IMG/VR virus record: IMGVR_UViG_3300042197_002243
DNA from: a virus
Direction: 5' to 3' (one strand)
DNA: 64,000 nt
In this document: positions 62,309 through 64,000 of the stretch, piece after piece
Position numbering within the stretch: the first letter of the stretch is position 1
How the letters are laid out: each line of letters starts with the position of its first letter
Program-made: the position numbers and the translations under genes
The notes under the pieces: model-generated
Database searches by the model: none
Seen by the model: only the letters and a program-made list of their open reading frames with translations
What the model was told of the DNA's origin: nothing

Positions 62309-63862
62309 TTATGAGTAGTTATAGAGTGAAAGGTTACCAAACCAACTTGTACCACCATCAGTGGTAAAGAAGGTATAAACATCAGTTTTGTTTGCAGTGG
62401 TTGTTCTGGTTGGAACGGAAGCATTTGGCCATTTGACCGAAGCAGGCCAGGTGATTGTTCTGCCTGCAGTTCCATCGTTGGTAAGAATCAAAGTGAATGA
62501 ATATGAACCAGATGGAAGACTAGTTGTGCTGAACGTAAATGTGCAGTTACCAGTCAGAGTTGCTGTAATAACGTTTCCGCTTGACAGTGCTAAAGTTGCC
62601 GATGTTCCAGTGTTACCATGAGCATTAACTGTTTCTGCGTATGCAGTGAGGGTTTTATTGGTTAATGTATCTGTTGTAGCACGACCAACTAACGTATCAG
62701 TTGATGTTGGTAATGTAAGTGTACCAGTATTGGAAATAGAAGAAATTACTGGTGATGTTAAGGTCTTGTTGGTTAATGTATCAGTTGTAGCACGACCAAC
62801 TAACGTATCAGTTGATGTTGGTAATGTAAGTGTACCAGTATTAGAAATTGAAGAAATTACTGGTGATGTTAAAGTCTTATTGGTTAAGGTATCTGTTGAA
62901 GAAACTGTTACGACATTAACACCTTCAACAGCAATTCTACCTGCAGATGCTCTAGTAATAGAAGTATCACTTGCATGACCAAGTTCAATAGCACCTACAC
63001 CTAAACCAATAGTGGTTGATGAAGTAATACCTGTGATAGGTAATCCAGTACAGTTAGTTAATGTACCTGAAGAAGGAGTACCTAATACTGGAGTTGTTAA
63101 TGTTGGTGATGTTAAGGTCTTATTGGTTAATGTCTGAGCCGAAGTTAATCCAACAACGGTGTCAGAACCACCAAATAATGTAGCAGTACCAGAAGCAGCT
63201 GCTGGAGCTACAACTGTTGTGGTTCCAGAAGTTGATCCACTAAGTCTTAATCCACTAGAACCAAATGTTCCAATACCAGTGACGTTTAAGTTGGTGATAT
63301 TAGCACCAGTATAAGTTGCATTAGTACCACTTAAGGTTGTAACTACACCAGTAACAATGTTACCAGTGGTGGCATTGAGTGTACCTAAGTTACCAGTTGT
63401 ATAAGTTGCGGTTGTACCACTTAATGTTGCTGCAGTTGTAACACCAGTAACGTTTAAGTTAGTATGTGTTGTGTTTGTGATGGTAGCATTAGTACCACTT
63501 AAGGTTGCTGCAGTTGTAACACCAGTAACGTTTAATCCACCAGTAACATTGAGAACATTTGAGTTTGCATCAAATGCTAAGTCTGCATCTGTAGAAGATG
63601 CTGTCATTGTACCTGTAGTCATGCTTGTCAGCACAACTCTTTGTGAACCAGAAGCAGCACTTAATGTTGAACCAGTATTGCTTAACCCAGAACCATCACC
63701 AGAAAATGACGCTGCAGTAATAGCAAGACCTACAGCATGAACACCACCAGAAGTAATGGTTACTCCAGAACCAATTACTGCTCTGGTAGCGGTTATAACA
63801 CCAGCACTAACAATATTTCTGTTATCATCAATTATATTTGAGCCCGAAAGTTTGATAGCCAT
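62309..63862 (-). CDS. Tail fibre protein
   Basis: T/G-rich shaft, TLTNKTLT repeats, C-terminal FTL.L..DG..GRTITWP..VKW....P......DV..F...GG..W.G domain. Confidence 0.82.
   Translation of the reverse strand: MAIKLSGSNIIDDNRNIVSAGVITATRAVIGSGVTITSGGVHAVGLAITAASFSGDGSGLSNTGSTLSAASGSQRVVLTSMTTGTMTASSTDADLAFDANSNVLNVTGGLNVTGVTTAATLSGTNATITNTTHTNLNVTGVTTAATLSGTTATYTTGNLGTLNATTGNIVTGVVTTLSGTNATYTGANITNLNVTGIGTFGSSGLRLSGSTSGTTTVVAPAAASGTATLFGGSDTVVGLTSAQTLTNKTLTSPTLTTPVLGTPSSGTLTNCTGLPITGITSSTTIGLGVGAIELGHASDTSITRASAGRIAVEGVNVVTVSSTDTLTNKTLTSPVISSISNTGTLTLPTSTDTLVGRATTDTLTNKTLTSPVISSISNTGTLTLPTSTDTLVGRATTDTLTNKTLTAYAETVNAHGNTGTSATLALSSGNVITATLTGNCTFTFSTTSLPSGSYSFTLILTNDGTAGRTITWPASVKWPNASVPTRTTTANKTDVYTFFTTDGGTSWFGNLSLYNYS
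62651..62896 (-). repeat. 111-nt (37-aa) tandem repeat [37 protein letters not shown], two copies plus a partial
   Basis: Read directly. Confidence 0.9.
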
Positions 63863-63894
63863 TTTTGAGGAAGTTTAATGTGGTTACCTTGAGT

Positions 63895-63901
63895 TATTTA
63901 G
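63895..63901 (-). promoter_or_regulatory. Late promoter CTAAATA heading the fibre/oxygenase module
   Basis: Plus-strand tatttag. Confidence 0.6.
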
Positions 63902-63913
63902 AGAGTTACAGGA

Positions 63914-64000
63914 TTAAGAATAGTTATAGATTGACAATATTCCATACCAATCTGTTCCGCCATTAAGAGTATAGAAACTGTATACATCAGTTCTGTTTGC
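63914..64000 (-). CDS. 3' end of another fibre gene with a paralogous C-terminus (partial)
   Basis: ANRTDVYSFYTLNGGTDWYGILSIYNYS*. Confidence 0.8.
   Translation of the reverse strand, partial: ANRTDVYSFYTLNGGTDWYGILSIYNYS

Noticed and set aside
1-64000. tRNA/rRNA genes, introns, inteins, stop-codon reassignment
   Set aside because: None recognised by eye; long genes are uninterrupted in the standard code. tRNAscan-SE and Infernal would be needed to exclude RNA genes formally.

Overview
A 64 kb segment of a T4-like cyanomyovirus genome (Kyanoviridae-like; the host is probably a picocyanobacterium, which is an inference). Essentially all real genes are on the minus strand. (1) 1-34 kb is a late virion block: g25-g6-g7-g8, a VrlC/DUF4815-type giant, g13-g14-g15-g16, then a fibre-gene island that runs off the left edge. 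(2) 34-38.4 kb is a junction with a glycosyltransferase, two 2OG-Fe(II) oxygenases, a terminator, candidate RNA structures and an origin-like non-coding stretch. (3) 38.4-57.8 kb is an early-type region of small ORFs punctuated by about 13 related promoter cassettes. It also encodes a HicA-like protein, a ligase-fold protein, an AbrB-like protein, a flavin-dependent halogenase, an SF2 helicase, a ParB-like protein and a metallopeptidase. (4) 57.8-64 kb is a module of fibre, glycine-rich (G-X-X) protein, DUF4376 and three 2OG-Fe(II) oxygenases. Two signals stand out. Thirteen sigma70-type promoters carry GGCC immediately after the -10 box, and twelve of them also have an upstream 9-4-9 palindrome, suggesting a methylation-sensitive or factor-controlled early regulon. 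Separately, hydroxylase genes are physically coupled to a Gly-Asn-Pro-rich fibre-associated protein. All calls come from reading motifs by eye; no database search or folding computation was run.
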